64,000 nucleotides of DNA, taken from positions 736,001 through 800,000 of the forward strand of contig OZ244922.1 of NCBI GenBank assembly GCA_965221905.1. The letters run 5' to 3'. The notes below the pieces were generated by a model that was given only the letters and a program-made list of their open reading frames with translations, was not told the DNA's origin and did not search any database. Origin of the DNA: Chloroflexota bacterium (GTDB lineage Bacteria > Chloroflexota > UBA11872 > VXOZ01). Below, piece after piece: positions 39,819 to 50,539 of the stretch; position 1 is the stretch's first letter, and each line of letters starts with the position of its first letter. Both the position numbers and the translations under genes were made by a program.

Positions 39819-41171
39819 ATGAATCCCACGTCCCTTGACGGTAAGGCGCGCCATGGCACCGAGGACCTTTCCGCCTGCCGGGCCGTGGTGATGGGGCTGG
39901 GACTGCATGGCGGCGGCGTTGGCGTGGCGCAATACCTGGCGGCGCAGGGCGCTGCCGTGACGGTAACTGACCTGCGGGATGAGGAGACATTGCGCCCATC
40001 GCTGGCAGAGCTGGAAGGCCTGCCGCTCCGATTCGTACTGGGACGCCACGAGGAGAAGGACTTTCAGCACGCGGACCTCGTGGTGCGCAATCCCGCTGTG
40101 CCGCTTGATTCACCATACCTGGCGTTGGCGCGGAAGGCCGGTGCCCGCATCGAGATGGAAAGCAGTCTTTTCATAAGGGCGTGTCCCAGCCCTTACATTG
40201 CGGGCATTACGGGCACGAAAGGCAAGACCACGACCACAGTGCTGCTTTCCCAGATGCTGGCTGCCGCCGGTTACCACGTCATTACCGCCGGTAACTTGCG
40301 AATCTCGATGCTGAGCCAATTACCGGCAATCGGCGAAACTACCCGGGTGGTGCTGGAGCTTTCGAGTTGGCAATTGGAAGCCTTCGTACCTCATGCGTAC
40401 AGTCCGCCGCTGGCTGTGGTGACGAACGTGCTGCCCGATCACCTGAATCGCTATGCCGGCATGGATGACTATGCCGCCGCCAAGGAGATTAACGTGCGCT
40501 ACCAGCGTCCGGACGATGTGGCTGTCCTCAACCGGGGCAATGCCTACACCCGGCAATTCGGCGCGCGCGCGCCGGGCAAGGTGGTGTGGTTTTCAGACCA
40601 AGTCATGATTCCTGGGGAAGCAGATTCGCCTGTTCGCGGCGCCCACCAGCGGGAGAACATGGCCGCGGCGAGCGCCGCGGCGCGGGTGTGGGGCGTGGGC
40701 GATGCTGCTGTTGCGTCGGTGGTGCAGAATTTCACCGGTGTGCCGCATCGGCAAGAGCTGGTGCGGGAATGGCGCGGCATCCGCTTCATCAATGACACCA
40801 CCGCTACCATGCCCACCGCGACGGTTGCCTGCATCGAGAGTGTTCCCGGGCCGAAGATTCTGCTCCTGGGCGGCGCGGACAAGAAGCTTGATTTCACGGG
40901 ACTGGCGCAGGCGCTGCGCGTTCATCAAGACGCTATTCACGGTATTGTGCTCTTGGAAGGCAGCGCCACAGACCGGTTGGCAGAAAACTTGCCCCTCCCC
41001 GTCGCGGGCCGGTATCAAGACCTGGCAGAGGCGCTCACGCAGGCTGTAGCACTCGCCCGCGCCGGAGACGCGGTAATCCTCTCGCCGGGCTGCGCTTCTT
41101 TCGGCATGTTCCAGCACGAGTTCGAGCGCGGCGAGGCCTTCCGCAAGTGGGTCTCAGCGCTGCATGAGTGA
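39819..41171 (+). CDS. murD: UDP-MurNAc-L-Ala:D-Glu ligase
   Basis: GLGLHGGG, ITGTKGKTTT, ELSSWQL, DHLNRY, HRQE, INDT, LSPGCASFGMF..ERG. Confidence 0.96.
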   Translation: MNPTSLDGKARHGTEDLSACRAVVMGLGLHGGGVGVAQYLAAQGAAVTVTDLRDEETLRPSLAELEGLPLRFVLGRHEEKDFQHADLVVRNPAVPLDSPYLALARKAGARIEMESSLFIRACPSPYIAGITGTKGKTTTTVLLSQMLAAAGYHVITAGNLRISMLSQLPAIGETTRVVLELSSWQLEAFVPHAYSPPLAVVTNVLPDHLNRYAGMDDYAAAKEINVRYQRPDDVAVLNRGNAYTRQFGARAPGKVVWFSDQVMIPGEADSPVRGAHQRENMAAASAAARVWGVGDAAVASVVQNFTGVPHRQELVREWRGIRFINDTTATMPTATVACIESVPGPKILLLGGADKKLDFTGLAQALRVHQDAIHGIVLLEGSATDRLAENLPLPVAGRYQDLAEALTQAVALARAGDAVILSPGCASFGMFQHEFERGEAFRKWVSALHE

Positions 41172-41308
41172 CCAAATATGTCCGGTCACCTAAGCGAGAC
41201 CAGGCAAACCCAAGTGGCAGCATCGACAAGGTAACTACCAAAGTGGCGCTACGCACCTTGCGCAACGGCTAGCCAAGAGCATTAGACATTAGCAGAAACG
41301 GAACGCGT

Positions 41309-42523
41309 ATGAGCACAACTGTCATTCCCGGCTACGATTACTTTGGCGGCATTCACCCGGAAACCGCTACCGTCGCCAACTATCTGCGTTTTCTCGGGGT
41401 AACCGATCCGGCAACCGGCAAGCCGTTCAGCGAGGCCATGCTCTTCGGCATTGCAGGGGGCTTGGGAGCGTGCTATATCCTGTGGGAGTTCAAGGAATAC
41501 AACCGTCCGGCCATAGTGATTGGCTTCCAGCACCAGTTCAATTATCCGGTGCGCTATGTCGCGCAGCTCTGTGAACGGATTGGCATCTCGCCGGAGTTTC
41601 ATGAGACTGGTGGTGTGAAGAAGGCGGGTAAAACGCTCACTGATGCACTGGCGGCGGGCATGCCCGCAATTCTCTGGCTCGAGCGGGAGCTGCTCGACTA
41701 TTACAATCGCGATCCGGATGACACGGGCGGGTTTAGTTGGGTTGTGACCGCCTGCGGTTACGATCCTGCTGCAGACACATTTACGATTGACGATACGGGA
41801 GTGCGGCCGTTTACGGTGCCGAGCGGGTCGCTTGTCACCGCCCGCCAGCGTATTCCTTCTTTCAAGAATCGCCTGCTGCTGCTCTCGCCGCCGGGGTCCA
41901 TTGACCTGCCGGCTGCCATCACCACCGGTATTCAAGGCAACATCGATTACCTGGGGTCCAAGTCGACCTCGTTCGCTCTGCCCACGCTGCGCAAGTGGGC
42001 GCGGCTACTGACGGATACGAAGAACGCCAAGGGCTGGCCCACGGTGTTTGCCGGCGGCAAATGCCTGTTCTCAGGCTTGGTTTCGATCTACGAGGGCATC
42101 ATGCATGAAGGCAACGACGGCACGGCTCTGCGGGGCATGTACGCTGACTTTCTGACGGAAGCCGCCTTGATTCTAAATTCTCCGGCGCTCAACGACGCCG
42201 CAGCAGAATACCGTGCGCTGGGCGCAAAGTGGCGGGCGCTCGCGGATACGGCGCTCGACCCGTCGGTCGCGCCCCTCGCCTCCGCCCGCGCGGTGCTCGA
42301 CCAGCGGGAGGCAGCAATCAAGACAGGCGGGGACGATCAAGCGGACACGATCGTGGCTCTCGGCAAGGAACTCGAAGCCATGCGCCCAAGCGCGGACGCC
42401 GACTTTCCGCGTGACGAGGCGTGGATCAGCGATCTCTTTGCACGAATGCAAGCGCAGCTCAACGACATCTATGCGCATGAAACGGCGGCGCTAGATATGC
42501 TCCGAACCGCTTTGAACGAGTGA
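41309..42523 (+). CDS. BtrH N-terminal / DUF4872 family protein
   Basis: PFSEAMLFGIAGGLG, CGYD, ALRGMYADFLTEA. Confidence 0.72.
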   Translation: MSTTVIPGYDYFGGIHPETATVANYLRFLGVTDPATGKPFSEAMLFGIAGGLGACYILWEFKEYNRPAIVIGFQHQFNYPVRYVAQLCERIGISPEFHETGGVKKAGKTLTDALAAGMPAILWLERELLDYYNRDPDDTGGFSWVVTACGYDPAADTFTIDDTGVRPFTVPSGSLVTARQRIPSFKNRLLLLSPPGSIDLPAAITTGIQGNIDYLGSKSTSFALPTLRKWARLLTDTKNAKGWPTVFAGGKCLFSGLVSIYEGIMHEGNDGTALRGMYADFLTEAALILNSPALNDAAAEYRALGAKWRALADTALDPSVAPLASARAVLDQREAAIKTGGDDQADTIVALGKELEAMRPSADADFPRDEAWISDLFARMQAQLNDIYAHETAALDMLRTALNE

Positions 42524-42535
42524 TGGCGAACTAAG

Positions 42536-42765
42536 CCCCCTCTCCATCGAGGGAGAGGGCCGGGGTGAGGGTGGGTTTCAACGATACCGCACAAGTAAGT
42601 GAAATTCGATTACAGCGATGGTCTCCCAGCAGGCGGCCGCAGGTTACAAACCTGCGCTACCGGAATTAGTGCAGCCTAGTGGAAGTCGCGTTTCTGGCGC
42701 CGCCAGTCAGAGCGGGAGCAACATCGCCACTGGCACACGTCATTCCCGTTTGCGCGGGAATCTCT
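42536..42765. repeat. Families E, B' and C palindromes
   Basis: ccccctctccatcgagggagagggccggggtgaggg; gcaggttacaaacctgcgctac; cgtcattcccgtttgcgcgggaatc. Confidence 0.7.
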
Positions 42766-42861
42766 CGTCTCCGACTCGGGCGCGAGAGTGAACCCCGCAC
42801 TACCGTTCGTCTGCGCCCCACGCGCCTGCCGCGGCTTCATATGTGCGAAGTGCAGCGTATC

Positions 42862-43521
42862 CTAGCCACGCTTGACGCCAATTGCGATCTTGGCCGGTAG
42901 GCCCCAGAGCTTCTCATTCTCACTGTGCACTACTTGAAAACCGGCTTTCTTGAGTGCTTGTTCCACGTAGATAGGCCGGCAGTCGATGTATTGGGGCATG
43001 CGTTGGTGCATCCACTCATAGAGCCGCACCATCAATGAGGTCCCGTCTTCCCGCGATAGGCTCACCACGCCCAGCCTGCCGTTGGGCTTCAAGACCCGCT
43101 TGATTTCGCTGAGAACTATTGGGATTTCAGGCGTATCGAACAGTTCGAGGGTAAAGCTCATGAAGGCAGCGTCGAAGTCTTCACCCGCGTTGGGCAGGTC
43201 TGTCGCATCTCCGCAACTGAGCGAAACCCTCTCCAGCAACCCCGCTCGGGCAAGCCGCCGTTGGCTCACCTCCAGCATGCCGGGTGAGAGGTCCACGCCG
43301 CACACGCGGCCTTCCTTACTCACAGCCCCGGCGATTTGCATCAGACTGTGTCCCGTGCCGAAGCCGATTTCCAAGACGGCTTCACCCTCTGCGATGCCTA
43401 ACCGCGCCAATGCCTTGTTGCGCAGTCGTTTCTCGAAAGCTCCGGCAAAGAGGTCGTACGAGCGGCTCATCCTGTCGTAGCTCGCTCGCGCCTGTGCCTT
43501 GGTTCGGGATGCGCGTAACAC
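42862..43521 (-). CDS. Class I SAM-dependent methyltransferase (UbiE-like)
   Basis: VLEIGFGTG, GVDLSPGM, GDA..LP, RVLKPNG. Confidence 0.9.
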   Translation of the reverse strand: MLRASRTKAQARASYDRMSRSYDLFAGAFEKRLRNKALARLGIAEGEAVLEIGFGTGHSLMQIAGAVSKEGRVCGVDLSPGMLEVSQRRLARAGLLERVSLSCGDATDLPNAGEDFDAAFMSFTLELFDTPEIPIVLSEIKRVLKPNGRLGVVSLSREDGTSLMVRLYEWMHQRMPQYIDCRPIYVEQALKKAGFQVVHSENEKLWGLPAKIAIGVKRG

Positions 43522-43761
43522 AACACCGCTTTCTGGAAGAGTTCCCGCTCAACCTACCGCATGGACGCACTCGTGAGTTCAGTATGCCATGCACACACAT
43601 TGCGAGGGCTCTTTCGCCGCGATACGATGTGGCGGGCAGTTAGCTAGAGGTCACTTTCCGTCGGACAGTGGCATGGCTAGGGGTAGCAGTTCTGCGTGAT
43701 CACGCCTATCAGGCCTCATCCGAGAGAGCGGAGTCCTCCGCTCGTGTCTGGCGTGGTCAAT

Positions 43762-44889
43762 CTATGTTTCGCCCCTCACCGTCGCGCTCTCAGACTCGAC
43801 GCCTGAAGCCATGAGCTGCTCCTGCTCGATCATGATCTTGAGCGCGGTGTAGACCAGAATGTCGAGCGACAAGCCCCAAAGTGCCGAGAGCTCAGATTCC
43901 AGGAACGTGAATACCTGTATCACAAAGATGCTTACCAGTATGCTGTGCACAAACCAGCGGTAGGCGGCAAGACGGGAACGCTTGAGTTGGAAGATGCCAA
44001 ATAGCGTGAGTATGCCGGAAACCGCCACTGAACCGAGCGTGGCAATGCCCGTGAAGCTTAGCTGAAATGTCTCGACGTCGCTGGCAAGAATTCCGACCAG
44101 TGCAACGAGCAACACTATTGCTATCTGGACAAAGGCGCGCACCAGGAAGAATCCAACAAGAATCGGCCTGAACCAACGCGAGAGCACTACACGGCTATAG
44201 AGGCTTACGGCAAAGTCCCGCGCCCGAAAATAGAAGCTCATGTCCGGTACCGGCTGCGGTTCGATGGACTGCACAAACGCGCTTAGGCCTTGGACGATTG
44301 GGTCCGACTTGTCGGACTTTGCAAGCAGATCGAGCGTAGTGCGTTTGGTCTCGGCGTCGAGCGGTCTGCCGGCGGCCAGTTCCAATTGGTTGAACGCGTT
44401 TGCCAGCGCCTCTGTTGGCCCCGGCGCCTGCCGTCGAAAGGCTTCGAGCACCAGAAAGATCGCGATGAAGATAATGTAGATTAGGCCGATGGTGGGCTCG
44501 TAGAAATAGTTGTTGTCGCTGGTGATGAACTTGCCCAACTCGTCGATGAAGGCGCCGAACCCAATACCTCCCAGAATGGCGGCGAGCCGCTGGGCCACTC
44601 GACCCAACGCGGCAAACAACAGGAGCAAGGCCACAGTCATGAAGAGGCCGCCCCAGAGCATGTGGGCTATGTGCAGTCCATCGCCGCCCAACTGAGGGTA
44701 ACCTGTAGCCGCCAGAAACCCGCGAATCGCCAATACCGACGCTATACCAGCGACGAGGAAAAGCTCGATGAGTTCCGGGGCGTCGCTATTGCGAACGAAG
44801 AAATGTCTTAGTTGCACGAAGCCTCCCAGTGTGTGCGCCACTCCAGACACTCGGTACAGGAACAGAGCCAGGCATTGGCCTGCTACCAT
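43762..44889 (-). CDS. Conserved multi-TM membrane protein, unknown function (start uncertain)
   Basis: TGYPQLGG..LHIAHMLWGG, GFG.FIDELGKFITSDNNYF; many TM segments. Confidence 0.75.
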   Translation of the reverse strand: MVAGQCLALFLYRVSGVAHTLGGFVQLRHFFVRNSDAPELIELFLVAGIASVLAIRGFLAATGYPQLGGDGLHIAHMLWGGLFMTVALLLLFAALGRVAQRLAAILGGIGFGAFIDELGKFITSDNNYFYEPTIGLIYIIFIAIFLVLEAFRRQAPGPTEALANAFNQLELAAGRPLDAETKRTTLDLLAKSDKSDPIVQGLSAFVQSIEPQPVPDMSFYFRARDFAVSLYSRVVLSRWFRPILVGFFLVRAFVQIAIVLLVALVGILASDVETFQLSFTGIATLGSVAVSGILTLFGIFQLKRSRLAAYRWFVHSILVSIFVIQVFTFLESELSALWGLSLDILVYTALKIMIEQEQLMASGVESESATVRGET

Positions 44890-45110
44890 GGCGAGAAACC
44901 GATGCCCTGCATATGCGCATGGTGTTTCTCACCCCTTACTGAATGTATACACCTGAAACCTTACCAGAATTCCTTGCCCACTTTCTCTTCTCGCTCTGTC
45001 GCCGAGGCATTCCAGAAAATCTATCTTGCCCAGGGCATCGTGGCAGCGTATGCTAGAAAATGCGAAATAGGCACGCCGGTCAGCGAAACGAGCGATAGGA
45101 AATCTCCCAA

Positions 45111-47825
45111 ATGAGTCCCACCAACTCCAAGACCCCCGCCGATTCGCTTGTTCTCATTGACGGACACTCTATCGTCCATCGGGCGTTTTTCGCGGTGCCG
45201 AAAGATTTTACGAGCGCATCCGGCGAACTGACCAACGCGGTCTTTGGCTTCACGAACACGCTGCTCCATGTAATCAACATGATCAAGCCCAAATATGTCG
45301 TGGTAGCCTTCGATCTCCCCGGCCCCACTTTCCGACATGAGCAGTACGCCGAGTACAAAGCGACGCGTCCGGAAGGCGATCCGCTGCTCTATCAGCAGAT
45401 GGACCGGGTGCGGCAGGTGGTGGAGACCTTCAGCATCCCGATCTTTGCGGTTCCGGGTTACGAGGCCGACGACGTGCTTGGCACCCTATCGCGCCAGGCA
45501 GCGGAACAGCAGATCCCTACCTTTATCGTGACCGGCGACACCGATGCCTACCAACTCGTCGACGACGTGGTACACCTGCTCGTGCCCCGGCCGCGCTCAG
45601 GCGAACTGGCTGAGGTTGGCCCCAAGGAAGTTGCGGCGCGCTTTCAGGGACTCTCCCCCGCGCAGGTGATCGACTATAAGGCTCTTGTGGGTGACACCTC
45701 CGATAACGTGCCCGGCGTGCGCAGCATTGGCGCCAAAACCGCCGGCACGCTTTTGCAGAAATACGGCGACATCGATGGCATTCTTGAGCATGCATTTGAA
45801 CTGCCCGCGCGTCAACAGAAGGCGCTCGCGGAGGATGGGGAGCAGCTTGCGCAGAGCCGCGAACTCGTGACGATTGTGCGGGACATGGAGATTACGCTCG
45901 ATCCGGCAGAGAGCGAACTGGACAACTACGACCAGGATCAGGTGCTTGCCTTATTCCAAGAATTGAGTTTTCGTTCGCTGCTCGATCGCCTGCCAAAACC
46001 AGCCGCCGTATCCACTGGGCAGGCCATGCTCTTTGGCGAGACTGCAACTGAGGCTCAGGCCCAGGTTCTTACCGAAGCCGGCGCGATCGAGAAACTATGC
46101 GCTACCCTGCGTGACGTCGGCGAGGTGGCCGTCATGCCTGTGCTCGAGCCCGATCCGCCTTCCTGGCCTCTTTTGCGGGGATTAGCGATTGCCTGGGGCG
46201 GCAATGAGGCTGCCTATGTAGACGTTACGGAGGCGGCAGCACTCCAGGCCATTGCGCCGGTGCTGGCCGATGCGCACATCCCCAAGATCGTATTCGACGC
46301 CAAGACGCTGAGCTTAGCGCTTCTCGCCCATGGCGTCGGCGTGGCCGGTGTGGTGTTCGATTGCCACCTGGCCGCCTATTTGGCCAACGTGACCGGCACT
46401 CGCTCCGCCACGCTGAAAGATATCGTCTTCGACGTTCTCGGCGCGACCATGGAGGCCGTGGACGATCTCCGCGACCGTAAGAAGTCCCTGGCTGCTGCCG
46501 ACAGCGAAACTCTAGCGCAAGCGGCCGCCCACGAGGCGGAGATACTGCTGTCGCTCCACGCAACACTCAGCAAAGACCTCGACGAGCGAGACGTGCGAAA
46601 GCTCCACGACGACCTCGAACTGCCGCTGGCGACGGTGATCGCGCAAATGGAATTCGCGGGCATCGCCGTGGACGTGGACATACTGCAAAGCCTCACTGCA
46701 GAGATGGCTGAGCGCATTGGAAAGATCGAAATCGAGATTTACAAAGATGTGGGGCATGAATTCAAAATCAATTCGCCAAAGCAACTCGGCGATATTCTCG
46801 TCAACGAGCTTGGCATCCCGCTCACCAAGAAAACGAAGACCGGTTACTCAACCGATTCCTCGATCCTGGAACCGCTGCGGAGCGCGCATCCTGTTGTCGA
46901 TCACGTATTGGAGTACCGCCAGCTTACCAAGCTGAAGTCCACGTATCTCGACGCCCTGCCAACGAAGGTGAACCCGCAAACCCGGCGCATCCACACCTCA
47001 TTTGAGCAGACCGGCGCCGCCACGGGACGGCTCTCATCAAACGATCCCAACCTGCAAAACATTCCCATCCGCACCGACGAAGGACGGAAGATACGCAAGG
47101 CGTTCGTGGCGGGTGCTCCCGACCAAGTCTTGCTTGCCGCCGACTACTCACAGATCGACCTGCGCGTGCTGGCGCACTTGAGCCAAGACGAAGAACTTTG
47201 CAGAGCGTTCCGCAACGAAGAGGATATCCACACCTTTACCGCCAGCCAGCTCTTCGACATTGCGATGGACGGGGTAACGGCTGCCATGCGGCGCACGGCG
47301 AAGACGGTGAATTTTGGCATCATCTACGGCGTGACGGCCCACGGTCTGGAGCAGCGCACCGACCTTGACTTCAAGGAAGCAGCGGAATTCATCGAGAATT
47401 ACCTGAATACGTATGCGGGCGTGCGTGAGTATACGGATAAGACGAAGCAGTTTGCCTACGAGCACGGCTACGTGGAGACGCTGCTGGGACGCCGACGCTA
47501 CTTGCCGGAGCTCCAGGCCTCCAACTACAACGTGCGCCAGGCCGCCGAGCGCATGGCGATCAACATGCCGGTGCAGGGCACGTCTGCCGACATTATCAAA
47601 GTGGCCATGCTGCACGTGGCCGACCAACTAGCGGCAACCGGGCTCCCGGTACGCATGCTGCTGCAGGTGCATGATGAACTCGTTTTCGAATGCGATGCGG
47701 CGGTAGTGGATGCGTGCGCCGATTTGGTGGTGCCGCTCATGGAAAACGCCGTCACGCTCCACGTGCCGGTGAAGGTGGATGCCAAAGTGGGCGCAAGCTG
47801 GGACGATATGGAGCCGCTGACGTGA
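45111..47825 (+). CDS. polA: DNA polymerase I
   Basis: IDGHS..HRAF, EADD, GDTSDNVPG, TGRLSS.DPNLQNIP, DYSQI, AKTVNFGIIYG, QVHDEL. Confidence 0.98.
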   Translation: MSPTNSKTPADSLVLIDGHSIVHRAFFAVPKDFTSASGELTNAVFGFTNTLLHVINMIKPKYVVVAFDLPGPTFRHEQYAEYKATRPEGDPLLYQQMDRVRQVVETFSIPIFAVPGYEADDVLGTLSRQAAEQQIPTFIVTGDTDAYQLVDDVVHLLVPRPRSGELAEVGPKEVAARFQGLSPAQVIDYKALVGDTSDNVPGVRSIGAKTAGTLLQKYGDIDGILEHAFELPARQQKALAEDGEQLAQSRELVTIVRDMEITLDPAESELDNYDQDQVLALFQELSFRSLLDRLPKPAAVSTGQAMLFGETATEAQAQVLTEAGAIEKLCATLRDVGEVAVMPVLEPDPPSWPLLRGLAIAWGGNEAAYVDVTEAAALQAIAPVLADAHIPKIVFDAKTLSLALLAHGVGVAGVVFDCHLAAYLANVTGTRSATLKDIVFDVLGATMEAVDDLRDRKKSLAAADSETLAQAAAHEAEILLSLHATLSKDLDERDVRKLHDDLELPLATVIAQMEFAGIAVDVDILQSLTAEMAERIGKIEIEIYKDVGHEFKINSPKQLGDILVNELGIPLTKKTKTGYSTDSSILEPLRSAHPVVDHVLEYRQLTKLKSTYLDALPTKVNPQTRRIHTSFEQTGAATGRLSSNDPNLQNIPIRTDEGRKIRKAFVAGAPDQVLLAADYSQIDLRVLAHLSQDEELCRAFRNEEDIHTFTASQLFDIAMDGVTAAMRRTAKTVNFGIIYGVTAHGLEQRTDLDFKEAAEFIENYLNTYAGVREYTDKTKQFAYEHGYVETLLGRRRYLPELQASNYNVRQAAERMAINMPVQGTSADIIKVAMLHVADQLAATGLPVRMLLQVHDELVFECDAAVVDACADLVVPLMENAVTLHVPVKVDAKVGASWDDMEPLT

Positions 47826-48549
47826 AAATCCTGATTACGGCCGGCGCATCCGCGCTGGCGCAAGACCTGGCGGAGTCGCTATCCAAAGAACACAGCGTAC
47901 GCCTTACTGACGTGGTGGATGCAAGCAGGCATTGGCCGTTTGTGCGCTGCGTCTCGGCCACGACGAAGAGACCGACCGGCTGGTGGCAGGGGTGGACGTG
48001 CTCATTCACCTTGCGGCTTCCTATTCTGAGTACGCTGAAAGTACAACCGACAATTCGGAAGTCTCCGCGAACCGGCTGATCGACTACCAGACTCGCTGCA
48101 CCTACAACCTCTTGCATGCCGCCAGCGAGTCCGGTGTGTCGCGCTGCATCTACGCCAGCAGCTTGCCTTAGTTTGCACGCTGCGATGACGATTGGGCCGT
48201 CAACGAGCAGTGGCGGCCCCGTCCTTCCACCGAGCCGCCGGTTCTGGCGCAGCACTTGGGAGAGTTCGTGTGCCGGGAGTTCGCGCGGGAAAGGCGCATC
48301 GCCATCACCTGCCTGCGCTTGGGGAATCTCGGCCGGCCAAATGACAAAGCGGAGCAGCCATCAGGCCCGATGTGGCTCTCGCATGATGATGCCGTGCACG
48401 CTTTTGAGTGCGCATTGGCAGCCCCGGCGGAGCCGTGGGCAATTTATCATATCCGGTCGGCGATTTCAGGTGCGCAATTCAGCATTGGCAAAGCGCGGGA
48501 TGGGCTGAAGTATGCTCCAGAAAATGAGAATAGCGGGAGCAAAACATGA
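47822..48549 (+). pseudogene. NAD-dependent epimerase/dehydratase-like gene, disrupted
   Basis: MKILITAG...VRLTD, frameshift ~47951, in-frame TAG 48169-48171, then continues ...CLRLG; paralog of the next gene. Confidence 0.8.
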
Positions 48550-49265
48550 AGGTGCTGATTCTCGGCGGCGCGGCGCGTCTGGGGCCCTACGTGGTCCGCG
48601 CTCTCGAAAACGAGCATTCGCTGCGCGTCACCGACATCCTGCCTATCGAGACGCCGCATGAGTTTCAGCGCGTGGACATCGCATCTCCCGATGACGTGCT
48701 CCGCGCGGCGGAAGGCATGGACGCTATTGTCAACTGCTCCGTGGTCCGTCCTGACCGCCAGGTTGCGTTCGACGTGAATACGCGCGGGTGCTACAACATG
48801 ATGCAGGCAGCCGTTGCGCATGGTATTCCGCGGGTGATCAACACCGGCCCGCACTTCACCATCGAGGGAGACACGTACACCACATTCGACTACGAGATCA
48901 GTCCCGACGTGCCGCCGCACCCCAGCACGAATCTCTACGCGCTCAGCAAAGGGCTGGGGCAGGAGATCTGCAAGGTCTTTACAGAGAACTACGCCGTTTA
49001 CGTGCTCTGCTCCCTCTTCTTCAGCTTTCGCGACCACGACGCGCCGGAGCCGGGCAGCGACCATCTGTTCGCTATCACGTGGCGTGATGCCGCCCAGGCT
49101 ATTCGCCTGGGACTTACCGTAGACCTGGCGACGCTCCCCTCCCGCTGCGAGGTCTTCAACATCCTCGCGGACCTGCCGCACCAGCGGTTTTCAAGTGAGA
49201 AGAACAAGCGCCTGCTTGGCTTCACCCCGCAGGACCGACTCGAAGCCATGTGGCGTCGCCGCTAA
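48546..49265 (+). CDS. NAD-dependent epimerase/dehydratase (uronate dehydrogenase-like)
   Basis: LILGGAARLG, LRVTD, YALSK. Confidence 0.85.
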   Translation: MKVLILGGAARLGPYVVRALENEHSLRVTDILPIETPHEFQRVDIASPDDVLRAAEGMDAIVNCSVVRPDRQVAFDVNTRGCYNMMQAAVAHGIPRVINTGPHFTIEGDTYTTFDYEISPDVPPHPSTNLYALSKGLGQEICKVFTENYAVYVLCSLFFSFRDHDAPEPGSDHLFAITWRDAAQAIRLGLTVDLATLPSRCEVFNILADLPHQRFSSEKNKRLLGFTPQDRLEAMWRRR

Positions 49266-49355
49266 GGCGAGCGGCGCAGGCGCACCGCGATTCGACTATT
49301 GCGCATTCAGCACCAAGCCGAATTGGTTAGTTTTGGAAGAGGCGCAACAAACGGA

Positions 49356-49397
49356 TAATCATGTAGGGGCACGACATGTCGTGCCCCTACATGATTA
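49356..49397. repeat. Family A REP with extended stem
   Basis: taatcat-gtaggggcacgacatgtcgtgcccctac-atgatta. Confidence 0.88.
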
Positions 49398-49471
49398 GCG
49401 CGCGCCGCAGAACGGGCGCGGCACAATTCTTCGTCCAATAAACCTTCGATATTCTTCGGCCAGAGTTCGCC

Positions 49472-50440
49472 CTACGCCCAGTAAGCGGTGCCGGGTTGCT
49501 CGAAGATGAGGATATCCTTGAGGAACTTGACCCCCTTCTCCAGGCCCTCGTTGGATGACATCAGGCTGTCCTCGTGCTCGATAGAGAGCACGCCGTCGTA
49601 GCCGACGAGCCGCAACTCGCTCACGATGTCTTTCCAGTAGCCGTAGTCGTGGCCGTAGCCGACGCTGCGGAAGAGCCAGGAGCGGTTCTTCTCGTCGGTG
49701 TAGGGCTTCGTGTCCAGCACGCCGTGCTTGGCAGCGTTTAAGGAATGCACCTTGGTGTCCTTGGCGTGGAAGTGATAGAGCGCGCCGGCCTCGCCAAGCT
49801 CGCGGATCACGGCCACTATGTCGCAGCCCTGCCAGAAGAGGTGGCTGGGGTCCAGATTCGCGCCGATCTCCGGCCCGCAGGCATCCCGCAACTGCAGGCA
49901 GGTCTCCGAATTGTAGACCACGAAGCCGGGGTGCATCTCCAACGCAATGCGTGCGTCATGCTCACGCAAGAAGTCTGCCTCTGCCTTCCAGTAGGGAATG
50001 ACCTTCTTTTCCCACTGCCACTCCAAAATCTCCAGATAGTCCGTCGGCCATGGGCAGGTAACCCAGTTTGGATACTTCGAACCGTCCGAATCGCCGGGGC
50101 AGCCGGAGAATCCCACCACCGTCTGCACGCCCAGCTTATGGGCGAGTTGAATGGTCTTGCGCTGGGTCTCGGCGTGGGCGCGCGCAATCTTGGGGTTGGG
50201 GTGCAATGGATTGCCGTGTGCGGAAAGAGCGCAGATGTCCATGTCACGGCTATGCACGGCCTTGAGAAATGCGTCGCACGCCTTATCGTCCTTGAGCAGC
50301 GCGTCCGGATCGCAGTGAGCATTGCCGGGATAGTTGCCGCAGCCGATCTCTACTGACTGCACGCCCAAATCGCGCAGGTAGTCCAGCGCCTTTTCAAAGG
50401 GCAAATCGCCTAACAACACCGTCAATACGCCGAGTTTCAT
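49472..50440 (-). CDS. Sugar phosphate isomerase/epimerase (TIM barrel, IolE-like superfamily)
   Basis: HGNPLHP, EMHPG, DPSHL.WQG, HAKDT, SIEHED. Confidence 0.92.
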   Translation of the reverse strand: MKLGVLTVLLGDLPFEKALDYLRDLGVQSVEIGCGNYPGNAHCDPDALLKDDKACDAFLKAVHSRDMDICALSAHGNPLHPNPKIARAHAETQRKTIQLAHKLGVQTVVGFSGCPGDSDGSKYPNWVTCPWPTDYLEILEWQWEKKVIPYWKAEADFLREHDARIALEMHPGFVVYNSETCLQLRDACGPEIGANLDPSHLFWQGCDIVAVIRELGEAGALYHFHAKDTKVHSLNAAKHGVLDTKPYTDEKNRSWLFRSVGYGHDYGYWKDIVSELRLVGYDGVLSIEHEDSLMSSNEGLEKGVKFLKDILIFEQPGTAYWA

Positions 50441-50539
50441 TAGTCGTGCCTCCTGCTCTCGCAATTGTTCAAAACGGTACCTGAATCCTGCGACAACCTA
50501 TCGTCTTCGTTCGGTTCCAGCATTCAATGCTGTGTTTGA

